The translations under genes were made by a program, and so were the position numbers. The notes under the pieces were generated by a model, which was not told where the DNA came from, searched no databases, and saw only the letters and a program-made list of their open reading frames with translations. A DNA stretch of 64,000 nt from the human T2T-CHM13v2.0 reference genome, Homo sapiens, in the NCBI RefSeq assembly GCF_009914755.1, contig NC_060925.1; one strand, 5' to 3'. This document shows positions 23,946 to 36,934 of the stretch, piece after piece. Positions within the stretch are counted from its first letter, which is position 1, and the number at the start of each line of letters is the position of its first letter.

Positions 23946-25797
23946 TGGCCTCCGAACCGTTACATCCTGTTCTTCCTAGTCTAGAAGAACACTTTGGATT
24001 GGATGTATTTAAGGAATACAGCATCCACCAGGCTGGGGCAGGCAGCCAAGTATGGGATTTGAGCCCAGCATCCAGGGCCAATTTCCTTGCTGCCTGGCAC
24101 CGCACAGAACATACATGGATGCCCATGGTATGGAGGTGAAAAGGACATGCCTGGAGCTTCAAGCGTTCTGAGCCTGGTAGGGGGACAATGGTGGTGGAGT
24201 TGCCAGGTGACAGCAGCAGCCTGTCCGGGTGGTTGGGCCCAAGGGTCAGCCCTGCTTAGAGTACAGCAGGGACCACCTCTCACCAGCTGATCCCCACCAT
24301 CAGCTGGGGGGCCCTGGTCATGCCCTTCTGCCGGGGTGTCATTTTTACACAGGTGAAGAAAGAGAATGGACCCAGGAGAGAGCTGGCGATTTTGCTCATT
24401 TCCTGGGCTGCCCTTTGGTGGCATCTGCCTGGCTCTCATTTGCTTCTACTTGGAGCATCTGAATGACTCAATGACAGAGTCCCGTAACCACCCTACCAGG
24501 CTGACTACAGCCCTGATCAGACAGAAGTCAGTATCCTGCTGTGGATTCAATTTCCCGAATGGTTGCAGAGAGCCATCTTAGGCAAGGGTGAAGCAATCAC
24601 CCACGGATGGTGCCGGTAGACTTCCTAGGCATGCAGCTATGATATATATAAAAGATTCAGTTACTAGGCAGGGTCATTGTATTTGGCGTGTTAGCAAGGA
24701 ACCTATCTGAACCACGATGTCAGCCTTTGTGGCAGAAGCCTCTGCCCCAGGACCAGCTGAGGATTGTGCTCTCTGGCTTGGAAAGGAGTGTGGTAAAATG
24801 CGGAAAAAGCCCCACGAGAGCTGGTTTTCAGTCGACGCCCCCACCCCCCTCTTTTTTGTCAAGAGAAAATTCAAGACTGTACCCAGATGCTGAAAAAAGC
24901 TGTGCTTCCTGCTGAGGGACACGGTGGCTTTCAGAAGGCAAGGATTCTTTAGGGAGCCAATTATGCGAGACAAGAGTAAGCATGTTTATTTTTATGACAC
25001 TGCATTTCAAAATCCCAGAAAATGTTGATGGAATGGCCCCATTAGGCGCCTGGGTCTCCTGGATGCTGTGGCATTACACTGTGCAGGCTTCCAGGGGCAT
25101 TTTGGGGACTCTTGATTAAGCCCCGGTACTGGGCTAATTTACTGCCCATTACTACCCTGGAGGGTCTCTTTGAACACTCACAGCTCCAGGTTCCTTCTTC
25201 CTTCAGCATTTTTTGGGCTAATTTGATTCTCTGCACAGAAGCCTGATGCTCTGGGAAGACCTGAGCCGCCACACTCACTCCAACAGCATCTGTTTCTCAG
25301 GCTCTCACCCCGACGGTCCCTGGGGAGCACTGGGCTGGGGTTTTGTGGCACCAGCCACGCAAGTGGTCCCCCGAGAGTCTGCTGGCCCCAGGTGAGAGCC
25401 AGGCAGCGTGACAGGTATGGTAGCCACTGAGGTTTGTCCTGGGACAGGCTGCCTATGGGCCTGACATCCAGACACTTTCATGCAGCAGACACGGATGAGT
25501 GGCCACCGCGTGCTGGGTGCTGTGCTGGGCACAGGGATGAAAAGACCCCTCTCCTGGTCCTACAGGAACTCCAAGTGGAGGAGAGGACAGAGGAGCAAAT
25601 GGAATTGCAGGAGCCAAGAGGAAGAAGGAGATGGGGAAGGTTTCCCAGAGGTAGCAGCGTTTGACTCCCTTCTCAGAGGATGAGAGGAAGGAAGCCCATT
25701 GGGCCCGAGGAGGAAGGGACAGCCAGGCGGAGGGAATGGGGTGGCTGCCGTTTACGGAGCACTGGTGGTGAGTGTGCTGCACAGATGGGGATGTGGA

Positions 25798-26057
25798 GGC
25801 ACCCCGCAGTGAAATAGCCCACTGAGGCTCCTCCGGCCCACCCAGGAGGGGCACCCCGCAGTGAAATAGCCCACTGAGGCTCCTCCGGCCCACCCAGGAG
25901 GGGCACCCCGCAGTGAAATAGCCCACTGAGGCTCCTCCGGCCCACCCAGGAGGGGCACCCCGCAGTGAAATAGCCCACTGAGGCTCCTCCGGCCCACCCA
26001 GGAGGGGCACCCCGCAGTGAAATAGCCCACTGAGGCTCCTCTGGCCCACCCAGGAGG
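25798..26057. repeat. 52-bp minisatellite, 5 near-identical copies
   Basis: GGCACCCCGCAGTGAAATAGCCCACTGAGGCTCCTCCGGCCCACCCAGGAGG at 25798, 25850, 25902, 25954, 26006. Confidence 0.95.
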
Positions 26058-26269
26058 AGGGCAGGGCAGGTGTATTTGGGTCAGCCCTTAGGAGTTGGCT
26101 CTGTGAAGCTGGAGAGGAAGGTGTATGTTGCGGGGGGAATGCTTGGAGGAGACTGGAAAGGCCAGCAGGCCCCAGGACTGGAGCCATCCAGGGCCAGGGT
26201 CCCAGGGAAAGTGTCGTGCTCTCTGCCCGTGTGCGTTCAAGGGGAAAGCAAATGACAGACCCTGGGAAG

Positions 26270-26785
26270 TGAGGGGTGCAGAGAGGGGGCCCGTGACTCA
26301 CAGGAGGGGTGCGGAGAGGGGCCCGTGAATCACGGGAGGGGTGCGGAGAGGGGCCCGTGAATCACGGGAGGGGTGCGGAGAGGTGCCCGTGAATCATGGG
26401 AGGGGTGCGGAGAGCGGGCCTGTGATTCACCAGAGGGTTGCAGAGAGAGGCCCAAGAATCGCGGGAGGGGTGCGGAGAGGGGCCTGTGAATCACGGGAGG
26501 GGTGCGGAGAGGGGCCCGTGAATCACGGGAGGGATGCGGAGAGGGGCCCGTGAATCACGGAAGGGTTGCGGAGAGGGGCCCATGAATCACGGAGGGGTTG
26601 CGGAGAGGAGCCTGTGAATCACAGGAGGGTGCAGAGAGGGGCCCATGAATCACGGGAGGGTTATGGAGAGGGACCCGTGAATCACGAGAGGGGTGCGGAG
26701 AGGGGCCCATGAATCACGGAGGGGTTGCGGAGAGGAGCCTGTGAATCACAGGAGGGTGCAGAGAGGGGCCCGTGAATCATGGGAG
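26270..26785. repeat. 32-bp G-rich minisatellite, ~16 copies
   Basis: Unit GTGAATCACGGGAGGGGTGCGGAGAGGGGCCC, period 32 (26293, 26325, 26357, 26389…). Confidence 0.95.
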
Positions 26786-27164
26786 CTGCGTGGGATGGAA
26801 CCTCTGTGTCCTGGTGGAGCAGCTTAGTTTTGTGGAAGGAGAGCCCTGGGGTAAGCAGAGGGAGGGAGAGGCAGCCCTCTGGGGCTGTGGTCTTAGGGAA
26901 GTCCCAGAGGACTCCCCAGGCGGGGAAGACAACTGGCCTGGCCCCGGGAAACACGTCTGCGGTCAGTTGCCATGATTCCCAGGCTCTGCTTTCACTCAGA
27001 ATTAGTCTGAGGGAAAATGCCAGCCTAGACCACGTGGGCACAAAGGTGTGACAGGCCCTGACGACCCAACTTTCCTTTCCTGAGTCTCTTGCTGCTTCTC
27101 CACCCTTCCAGCCCCAACCAGCCACCTGCCCCTGCCCCTCCGTGGGGACCTTCTCACCTTACAA

Positions 27165-27493
27165 CAGCAGTCCCCAACCTTTTTGGCACCAGGGACCAGT
27201 TTCATGGAAGACAATTTTTCCAGGGACAGAGCAGGTGGATGGTTTCTGGATAAAACTGTTCCACCTCAGATCATCAGGCATTAGATTCTCATAAGGAGTG
27301 CACAACCTAGATCCCTCACATACATGGTTCACAGTAGGGTTAGTGCCCCTGGAAGAATCTAATTCCACTGCTGATCTGACAGGAGGCGGAGCTCAGATGG
27401 TGATGCTGGCTCACCCACTGCTCACCTCCTGCTGTGAGGACAGTTCCTAACAGATGCTGGTACTGGTTCATGGCCCAGGGTTGGGGACCCCTT
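27165..27493. mobile_element. MER1B hAT-Charlie MITE
   Basis: TIRs cagcagtccccaacc / gggttggggacccct; internal aaactgttccacctcagatcatcaggcattagattctcataaggag. Confidence 0.88.
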
Positions 27494-27695
27494 CCTTAGA
27501 GAACCGGACCCCCAGTCAGTTGCTGCTTGGGGTGAAGTCATCGTCCCACCCAAGCTGTGGGTCTGAATTTTGGGAAGAGCCCCTGAGACACAAGGCAATG
27601 AGCCCACAGCACTGAGTGAACATGGAGGTTTCAAGTGGGAAGGGGAAGACGTTTGGGGAAGTTGGATTCCTCCCTAAAGAATGCCGTTAGGGTAA

Positions 27696-27988
<293 letters not shown>

Positions 27989-28084
27989 TGCCATTAGGGT
28001 GGCAACTTTCTTCCTCCTTGTGTGGGGCCAATCCTGTGTATTTGAAGCTAAAAGCCCTCTTCTTAAAGTAGCTTAGAGAGCAGT

Positions 28085-28142
28085 GCTGTGTGTGTGTGCA
28101 TGTGCGCGTGTGTGTGTGTGTGTCTGTGGGTGTCTGTGTGTT
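28085..28142. repeat. (TG)n microsatellite, imperfect
   Basis: Visible TG tract. Confidence 0.85.
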
Positions 28143-28259
28143 GTGAGGTTGTAGGTGTGAGGCATCAGTTGACTTTAAAATGCCCAAGTAATACATGTCT
28201 GCACTTTTTCCTTCATCAACTGAAAAGCTGTTTAAAAATGTAATTAACAAAATCTCTCA

Positions 28260-28390
28260 GCAGACCTTCAAGGTCAGGAAATATTATTAGCCTTATTTCA
28301 CAGATGGGTAAACTGAGGCAGAGCAGGAGTAAGCAACTTTCCTAAGGTCATACAAAGGCAGCAGAGTGGTGCCTGAGGACTCCAAGAGGA
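28260..28390 (-). mobile_element. MIR
   Basis: tttcacagatgggtaaactgaggcagagcaggagtaagcaactttcctaaggtcatac. Confidence 0.75.
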
Positions 28391-28799
28391 GTGTGCCCGT
28401 AACTCAGGCTCTGGTGGCTCAGTCCTGGGACGGGGATTCCTGGGGAGTGTGGGGCTCATCCATCTCTGTTTCCGCAGGTTGTGCATATCCTGGAGCCGGG
28501 GTCCCCTGCCTGGGAGACAGGGCACATCCAGGGTTAATGCCCACGGGGTGGAGCCTTCACTGTCCAGGCTTTCTTGCCGGGCTCTGCCTGCCTTTTATTT
28601 TCCCTCATTTTCAGTGAGAGACTGAAGTCCATGACAATTCCTTACGTAGGAATTCTGGTGTTCCCAGTGAGTCACAAGTAGGTAGAATTTATGTCAGTTG
28701 CCACAGGGCAATTTGAATTTTACAGGAGATAGTCAGAGTCAGTCAATGAGAGGGACCTAGATTCAGACAACAGGAAGGAGTCAGACTCAGCCAACATTT

Positions 28800-29700
28800 T
28801 TTTAGCTTGCTTTTAAAATTGAAGTGAAATTCACATAACATAAAATGAGCTATTTTAAAGTGTAAACTTCAGTGACATTTCGTGTGTTCACAATGTTGTG
28901 CAACCATCACCATTCTTTAGTTCCAAGACCTTTTCATCACCCTAAAAGGAAACTCCATGTCTTTTAGCAGTCATTCCCCGTCCCCCTGGAAACCACTTAC
29001 CTACTTCCTGTGTCTTCAGTATGGCCTGTTTTGGACATTTTATATAAATGAGATCATACAATTAATACATTCTTATACTGCTATGAAGAAATGCCCGAGA
29101 CTGGGTAATTTATAAAGGAAGAGGTTTAATTGACTCACAGTTCCGCATGGCTGGGGAGGCCTCAGCAAACTTACAATCATGGCAGAAGGCAAAGGAGAAG
29201 CAGGCACCTTCACAGGGCGGCAGGATGAAGTGAGTGCAAGCAGGGGAAATTCCAGGCGCTTATAAAACCATCAGATCTCATGAGCACTCACTCACTATCA
29301 CGAGAACAGCATGAGGGAAACCGCTCCCATGATCCAATGACCTCCACCTGGTCCCGCCCTTGATTGTGGGGATTATTACAATTCAAGGTGAGATTTGGAT
29401 GGGGACACAGCCAAACCACATCATACAATATGTAACCTTTTGTGTCTGGCTTCTTTCACTTAGCATAATGTTTTTTAGTTCACCCACATTGTAGCGTGCA
29501 TCAGTACTTCACTCCTTTTTATGATGAATTCTGTGCCACACTGCAGATAGGCTACGTGCTGTTTGCCTGTCCATCCACTGATGGACATTTGGGTTGTTTC
29601 CACCTTTTGGCTGCTGTGAACATTGCTGCTGTGAACATACATGTACAGGTGTCTGTTTCGGTCCCTGTTTTTGATCCTTTGAGGGACATACCTAGGCATC
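28800..29700 (-). mobile_element. L1MB-type 3' fragment interrupted by THE1
   Basis: gaaattcacataacataaaat…gatcatacaa|tatgtaaccttttgtgtctggcttctttcacttagc. Confidence 0.8.
29062..29423 (-). mobile_element. THE1 (C/D-like) solo MaLR LTR
   Basis: gagactgggtaatttataaagg…gactcacagttccgcatggctggggaggcctcag…ggggacacagccaaaccacatca; 5-bp TSD TACAA. Confidence 0.9.
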
Positions 29701-30691
29701 AACACTTCTTGGACACGGGCTTTATCCACAATTGCCTAGTTACGGCACTGCTACAGCATTTGTGTGATCTTTGGAAGTTCCCATGGTTTTTCTGAGCCTC
29801 AGTTTTCTCATCTGAAAAACGGGGATGTCACTCAGCCCTGCACAGGGCTGGAAGGATGGTGACCCCCTACCATTTACAGGTGGCTGCCCAGCAACAGAGC
29901 CAATGCAGGCTCCTTCCCCATCTCATCCTAGATTGCAGACAGGCCTCTCTATGCCTGTGCACCTTGTTCACAGCGCTGGGCCTGAGGCAGCCGGTCTGTC
30001 TTTACTCCTTACACATCCCCAGGGAGGAGGCTCAGTGAGAAGCAGCACTTTTTATCAGCTCTGCACTAAAGAGGAATTATGAACCATTTTGGGAGTGGAT
30101 TAAAGCAATTGCCCCGGGATGAATCTTATTCTTGGTGCCTTTTCCTTTCCCCTCTTCCTGGACCTCAGAGCTGAGCCATGTGATCTACTGAAAAATACCC
30201 AAGTCGACATTGATCCTTTTAGTATGACATCAGCCCTGACCCACAGTAACAAGGAACTTGTGACCCACCCATGTACGGTGAACTGGGAGCTTCCCTGGCA
30301 GTGACCTGGTTTGTGAGCCTGTTACTTTTCACTGGAAGCAGCGTTCTTGCTGGCATGGAAGCATGCTGCCTAGGCTCCTGCTGGATCCCTGCAAACTGCC
30401 TGGTTTCCCCACTCCAGTGCCCAGGTTGTCGAGCCATGACGAGTGCAGGTCTCATCGCCCAGCCTCATTGGTCTCCAGTTTCCTATCCCAAGAATGCACT
30501 GGACAGCCTGTTCAGGAAAATGAGTGAAATTAAGCAAATTAACTGCAACACAGTTTTCCAGAGTGTTCCAGAATGTTCTTCCCTTTCCCTTCCGGAGGAG
30601 AGGGAACAGAGCAAATGACAACAAACATTTCTGTTTTTGGAAAGCATGTAAAAACAAAGTCTTCCATCACTGTAACAGACCCAAGACTTCA

Positions 30692-31232
<541 letters not shown>

Positions 31233-31307
31233 TTAGAGCCCAGGGCCCTGTGGTCTTTCTGTCTCAAAGGTATGGAGCCACAGGCCCCGGACAGCTCAGT
31301 TTTCCTG

Positions 31308-31368
31308 AGCACCACCAGGAGGAAATGCACCACCGGGAACAAATGCACCACCAGGAACAAATGCACCC
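31308..31368. repeat. 18-bp tandem repeat, ~3.5 copies (GCACCACCAGGAACAAAT)
   Basis: Directly visible. Confidence 0.85.
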
Positions 31369-32459
31369 ACCAACTCTAGCAATTCTTCCTCACACACCTC
31401 TTCCAGTCCTGTGACTGCCATATCCCCATTCATCAAATGATGTGGACCTGTTGACGTGGAAACCTTGTTAGCCCTGCTTTTAATCTGAAAGGTATAGGCC
31501 CATTATTTTTCCTGCTTTTGTAAATCCAAAGACTGAGCAAAATGGAATCCCTGGGTAACCAGAAAATGTAATTAATGGAAACAAGGTGCTTCACGAGGAA
31601 GCTGGTCAGAGCCTGCTTTTATTGTCGTGGTTTAGCCAGGGACCTGCTGTGTAGGTGTCCCCACTGCTCTCAGGCGTTGCAGTAGGAGCAGACTTTCAAA
31701 AAGGAAAGCTGTGAGGCACACTGTTCTCCTTATCTCACAGGGCCCTGCAGACCCTCACCCACCATCCCGGGGCGCCTATCAGCCTGGGCGCAGTCGCGTC
31801 TGAGACTCACGGAGCTGCTTGTGAATCATGTCATAACACACACATGTAAAGTAAGGAGGCTGCTGTCTCCCCGGGGTGTGTATTATTATCTGGGATTGTT
31901 GTGAATTGCTCAAGAATGGACTGGGAGGAGGGAGCGGTCGGGAGTCACTTGGGCCCTGTAGAGCTGGACTTTATTGCCACCAAATGTCACTGAAGTTATT
32001 GGACCCCAAATCACTGCACCATGAAGGAGCGCCAAGCATATCAGACAAAAATGAAACAACCATTCCGCTAGGAGCCCTGAAGGGCCACAGTCATGAATAC
32101 GGAGACACAGCCAGGTACTTTCATCTTGGGTGCATTACAGTGATGGAAGACTGGTTTTGCATACACTGTGCCCGCATGACATGCTGATATTTCCTATTTC
32201 TTTTCAAGCCCCTGTGTTTTGCTTCTATATAGATGGGGAAATTCTCAGCTTGGGGATCCCAGGACCACACTGTCTGGCATAAAGTCCTCAGGAGGCTCCC
32301 AGGCAGCTCTTTCCTGTGGACCAGAACCCAGGATAGAGGCCCTTCCATTGCACTCCTGAGCTGTCTGCAAAGTCACTTCCAGGGAATGGTGGCTGGGTCT
32401 GCCTGGTGCTCCACCGCCCTCCCAGTGTGTGCATCCAGGCTGTGTGAGTGAGAAGGTGG

Positions 32460-33045
32460 GATCCCAGGCAGATTCCATCCCTGTCCCCAGAGCTGTGAGC
32501 AGGATGTGAAACCACACCCCTTAATCCATAACCCCACACAGCAAAGGGGACTTGGCAGAGGTAGGGAAGATTTCTAATCTATTGACCCTTCCGTAGGGAG
32601 ATCATCCTCAATTATTCCCAGTGGGTCCAGTGTCATCACCGGAGTCCTTGGGTGCAGAGGTGGAAGAGGAGATAGAGATGAGGGCAGGAGGGTGAGGGTG
32701 GTGGCCTGAGAGATCTGAAACTTAAAAAGGATCAACACAGCATCATGGCTGGCTTGAAGATGAAGGAGTGCTTCCAGTCGAGGTGGGACCTCTGTCCTAC
32801 AGCCACAAGGAACTGGATTCTGCTGACAACCTGAATGAGCTTGGAAACAGATTCTTCCCCAAGATCTCCAGAAGGAGACACAGCCCCACCAATGCCTTCA
32901 TGTCAGCCCAGTGAGATGACCCTGAGCAGAGAATCCAGCCAGTCTTCTCACCAATGGAACTGTGAGCTCATAGGTGGGGTTGGGGGGGTGTTTACACTCC
33001 TGTGTTTGGGGTAGTTTGTTATGCAGCAATAGCTAACTAATTCAA
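32460..33045 (+). mobile_element. MLT1E/F-like LTR
   Basis: acagccacaaggaactggattctgctgacaacctgaatgagcttggaaacagattcttcccc…tttgttatgcagcaatag. Confidence 0.75.
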
Positions 33046-33681
33046 TAGATAGCTACCTAAGTACACAGGATGCATGAGTGAGGTGCCACTGACGGCCCAG
33101 TGTTCTCACACTTTCTCATTTCCTCTCTCTTTCCCGTCCCCTCCCCTGCCCTTCATCCCTCTTTCTCTGTTCTCTTTCTGTCTTTCTTCTAACAAGAGCT
33201 CATGCTTGTTTCCAAAATTAGTGTTGGGACAATTGTAAACAGGTGAGATGTGGGCAGGCCTTCAACCCAGTCCCACTAAAACTCTGGGGACCCGGTATGG
33301 TGCCCTCCACAGCTCTGCTCCAGCATGGGAGCCTCCACTGACTCATTCCTTCCTGCACTTTGTATTTGGAGGTGTGGAGGGAGCAGGGGTCATGAGGCTG
33401 CTTGTGTGCCGGGGCTGTGGACACAGACGCGGCCAGGCAGCCTTCCCAGGGCATGTCCTGGCTTTGTGTCTCTGGAATTGGCCAGATGAGGGCGAGTCCT
33501 GGCTCTGGCTCTGGCTTGGTCAATGAATAAATGAATTCATTCTCAGCGTTTTAGATGTGACTCTTCTTGTCCTCTGATCAAGGCTTTATACGAGTCATGG
33601 GCTCTGGAGAGGCTTTACTCCTGAGCCAGGAGCGAGAAGTCAGGGTCTCCGTGAAATGAATTGAACCTCATTACTCCCAAA

Positions 33682-33901
33682 TAGGGCTGCCAGATAAAAG
33701 AAAACAGGATGCTTGGTTCTGTTTCAATTTCAGACAAACAAATGTATTTTAGTATAACTATGTTCCAGGTTTTGCATGAGATAGGCTTATCCCCCCCGCC
33801 ACCAAAAAAAAAAAAAAAAAAAAAAAAGGAACAAAAAGGATTGTTTCTTTCAAATACAAATGTTACTGGGCATTCTATATTTTGGTTAAATCTGGCCACC
33901 C
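33682..33901. mobile_element. MER53 palindromic hAT MITE with internal C/A-run expansion
   Basis: TIRs tagggctgccagata / aaatctggccaccc; internal tttcagacaaacaa…agtataactatg. Confidence 0.75.
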
Positions 33902-34012
33902 GATTTCCAGAGACTGCAAATCGGCCAAGAAGGCAGGGCAGTGGGCAGGAGAGGGCCCTGGAGAGGAGGCTTCACTGAGCTCTAGTTAAGCTTTAGTTGC
34001 TGTTCTCTAGGT

Positions 34013-34283
34013 CAGGGGTTGGCACACCACAGTCTGTGGCTGCCTGACTTTGTAAATAAAGTTTTATTGGCATCACAGCCCACGGCTGCCTGACTTTGTA
34101 AACAAAGTTTTATTGGCACCATGGCCCTTGGCTGCCTGACTTGGCAAATAAAGTTTTATTGGCACAGGGGCATGCCCACTGATTTTCATAAGGACAGAGT
34201 TGAGTGGTTGTGACAGAAAACGGCCTGCAAAGCCTAAAACATTTTCTGTCTGGGCCTTTTCAGACAAAGGTCAACGACCCCTG
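34013..34283. mobile_element. MER58A hAT MITE with internal 46-bp triplication
   Basis: TIRs caggggttggc / cgacccctg; 8-bp TSD ctctaggt/ctttaggt; tttgtaaataaagttttattgg. Confidence 0.85.
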
Positions 34284-34904
34284 CTTTAGGTTCAGAGGTC
34301 AGTGCAGAAGCAGAAATACGGAGGGGGCTTTCATATTAGGAGGTCCCTGAGCCCCAGCAGCTGGGTAGGCACCAGGAGTGGCTGGCCAGGCCTTCAGGAG
34401 TGGCTGGTGCTGCGGCTGTCAGCTGCTGGTCTTGGGGCCTCCCTTTCCTGGGCTCTGGTTCAGTGGGAAGCTCTCAGAGCTCTAGTTCTCTGAGGGATCG
34501 GTCGGGGCCCAGGGCAGAGTGAGCAGGCAGCATTCTGCTCTGCCTGCTTGTCTCGTGTTTTGGATCTCTGGCAGAAAGTTCCATGCAAACGAAAGCCTTG
34601 CTTCATCTGCACGCGCCTATTTCTGTCTTGTTGCCTGCCTCTGCTCTTCCTTTTTGACATTCAGCGTTTTCAAACAGAGATTCTGCACAGGGCGTGAGTC
34701 ACGTTGCCATGTGGCCATGGAGGAGTCGTCTCAGGCACTGGCTGAACCGTCGTCCTGCAGGCTTGAGAATGCTGTCCCTTTGCCATGAAGCCCAGGAGGG
34801 CAGTGGTCAGAGCCATCAGGGCTGGAGAGCGGTGGGGGGGAAACAGAGCAAAACCCGTGCCCTCCTCTCCTCCCTAGGCCAGCAATGGGTGTGGGCTTGT
34901 GTGA

Positions 34905-35511
34905 GGATAGAGGGAGTAGTCCACAAGACCACTCCCACTTTTGACACCAACTGCAGTGTTTAGGGGTCCCCAGGACCACCTTCAGCTGCAATAATTCACC
35001 AGAAGGACTTGAAGAATTCACCGAAAGCCGTCATACTCACAGTAATGGTTTATTAAAAGGAAAAGACACAGATGAAAGCCAGCCAAGGGAAGACACGCGT
35101 GGGGCAGAGGCCAGAAGGGATCCACGCATGGAGTTTCCGGCCATCCTCTCCCATTGAGGTCAGGATACATTGCTTTCTTGGCAACAGTGAGTGACAGTGC
35201 CCAGGGAGCATTGCCAGCCGGGGAAGCCCCTGGCCTTGGTGTCCCGAGCGTTTATTACTGGGGCCTCTTAACATAGACCTGGTTGAATGACCATGTGGCC
35301 TACCTCAGTGTCCTGCCCCTTGGGAAATGGAGCAGATACCATCTGACCCAAAGCCTCTAGCCTAAATCACATTGCTCGACTGTATGGTGGCCAAGGCCCC
35401 CAGGCAAACACAGAAATTCTTATCAGGCAGGACATTCCAGGGGCCCAGAGATGCCTTCCAGGAGCCCAGGGCAAAGGTCTGACCTCTCTTGGGCAAAGTT
35501 CTTTACTAAAC
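34905..35511 (-). mobile_element. MER21/MER68/MER77-group LTR
   Basis: cacaagaccactcccacttttgacaccaactgc…ataattcaccagaaggact…tcaggcaggacattccaggg. Confidence 0.65.
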
Positions 35512-36635
35512 AATCTGGTTTACACCAGCGACCAGGTGCCTCACATTATTCTACAGTTGATAATGGTGTAGCCCAGGCCAGTTAAACCTGCCCTGAAGAT
35601 GGTGTGGGCGGAAATTTTAGGAGAGAAGATGGATGGTGAGTGGTTTCTCTCCCGCTAAGGAAGACATTCTGGAGGGTACGGTGGAGTTGCTGCAGAGAAG
35701 CTGCGTGGAGTCTGCTCGCCTTCCTGCAGGGGCTGGGACGCCCACGTTTAGGAGGAAGCCCGTCTTGTGGGCTCCCAGCTCTGTGTCCTCGTGCAGGGAC
35801 GGCCTCTCTCTAGGTAGCTTGCTACTCGTTTTGTGCATCTCCTCTTTCCTGGTTCCTGGATGCTCCGTGTGTTTGGGAGAGGATCCCCGGCGAGTTCATG
35901 ATGCCCACTGCTGCAGAGGCCAGTGTGCACCGGCCTTGCCTCCTCGTGTCATTTTTGGGGCTAGTGTCTTAGTCACGCTCCTCCGATTTCCTCATCTTCC
36001 ATGTACTTGCGCATTCTTTATTTTTTTTAACCAGTTCCAAAAAAAGATGATTTGTGTGAAGGGAGTGAAAATTGAGTTTATTTACGACAAATCAGTAGAA
36101 TCCAAACTTTGGCAAAGAAATCCAGAAGAGGCCACCCGCTTCTGAAACACATCTGGTTGCATCACAGAACGTGAAGCTTCCGGTCCAGCTGGCTTGGTTA
36201 GACTCTGACCCTAGCTCTCGTCGTCCTGGGGGCCTGAAGCCACCTGCATTACCCCTTCTCAGAAACAGTGAAACCAACGCTGCCTCAGGGACTCTGGGAA
36301 GTCAGCTTTGAAATCATGTGAGACTGAGAGAGAGGGGCCGTTCCTTGGGAAATCCAGCCCACAAAGTAATCAGGAGATGATGGGGGGACGGGAGTGAGGG
36401 AGACTGGATTGTCGGGTGCCCAGCTCATCTGTCATCTGGCCTTTGGGGACAACATACTCTCAAACAGATCTTTGCTCTCAGTATTTGCACCAAGGGGGAC
36501 AGGTGGCACAGAATTAGCCACTTGAAGTTTTTAGCCTGTAGATGCCAAAAGGGGTATTGCATTCTCGAATTTGCCAAGAGTGGGAAGAACATGTGCAATG
36601 CTGTTGGCTACAGAGTTTCAAAGAGAAAATAAAAT

Positions 36636-36934
36636 GGCCAGGGGCCGTGGCTCACGCCTGTAATCCCAGCACTTTGGGAGGCCGAGGCAGGTGGATCACC
36701 TGAGGTCTGGAGTTCGAGACCAGCCTGGTCAACATGGTGAAACCCCGTCTCTACTAAAAATACAAAAGTTAGCTGGGTGTGGTGGCGTGTGCCTGTAATC
36801 TCAGGTACTTGGGAGGCTGAGGCAGGAGAATTGCTTGAACCTGGGAGGCGGAGGTTGCGGTGAGCTGAGATCGTGCCACCGCACTTCAGCCTGGGCGACA
36901 AAAGTGAGAATCCGTCTCAAAAAATAAAAGAAAA
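36636..36934 (+). mobile_element. Alu (AluS-like)
   Basis: Full dimer with A-rich tail. Confidence 0.95.

Noticed and set aside
33682-33901. Possible miR-1302-family hairpin from MER53
   Set aside because: The segment corresponding to the mature miRNA is diverged and interrupted by C- and A-runs, breaking the hairpin.
35633-36145. 170-aa ATG ORF in intron 1
   Set aside because: No recognisable homology or domain; length is compatible with chance in GC-rich DNA.
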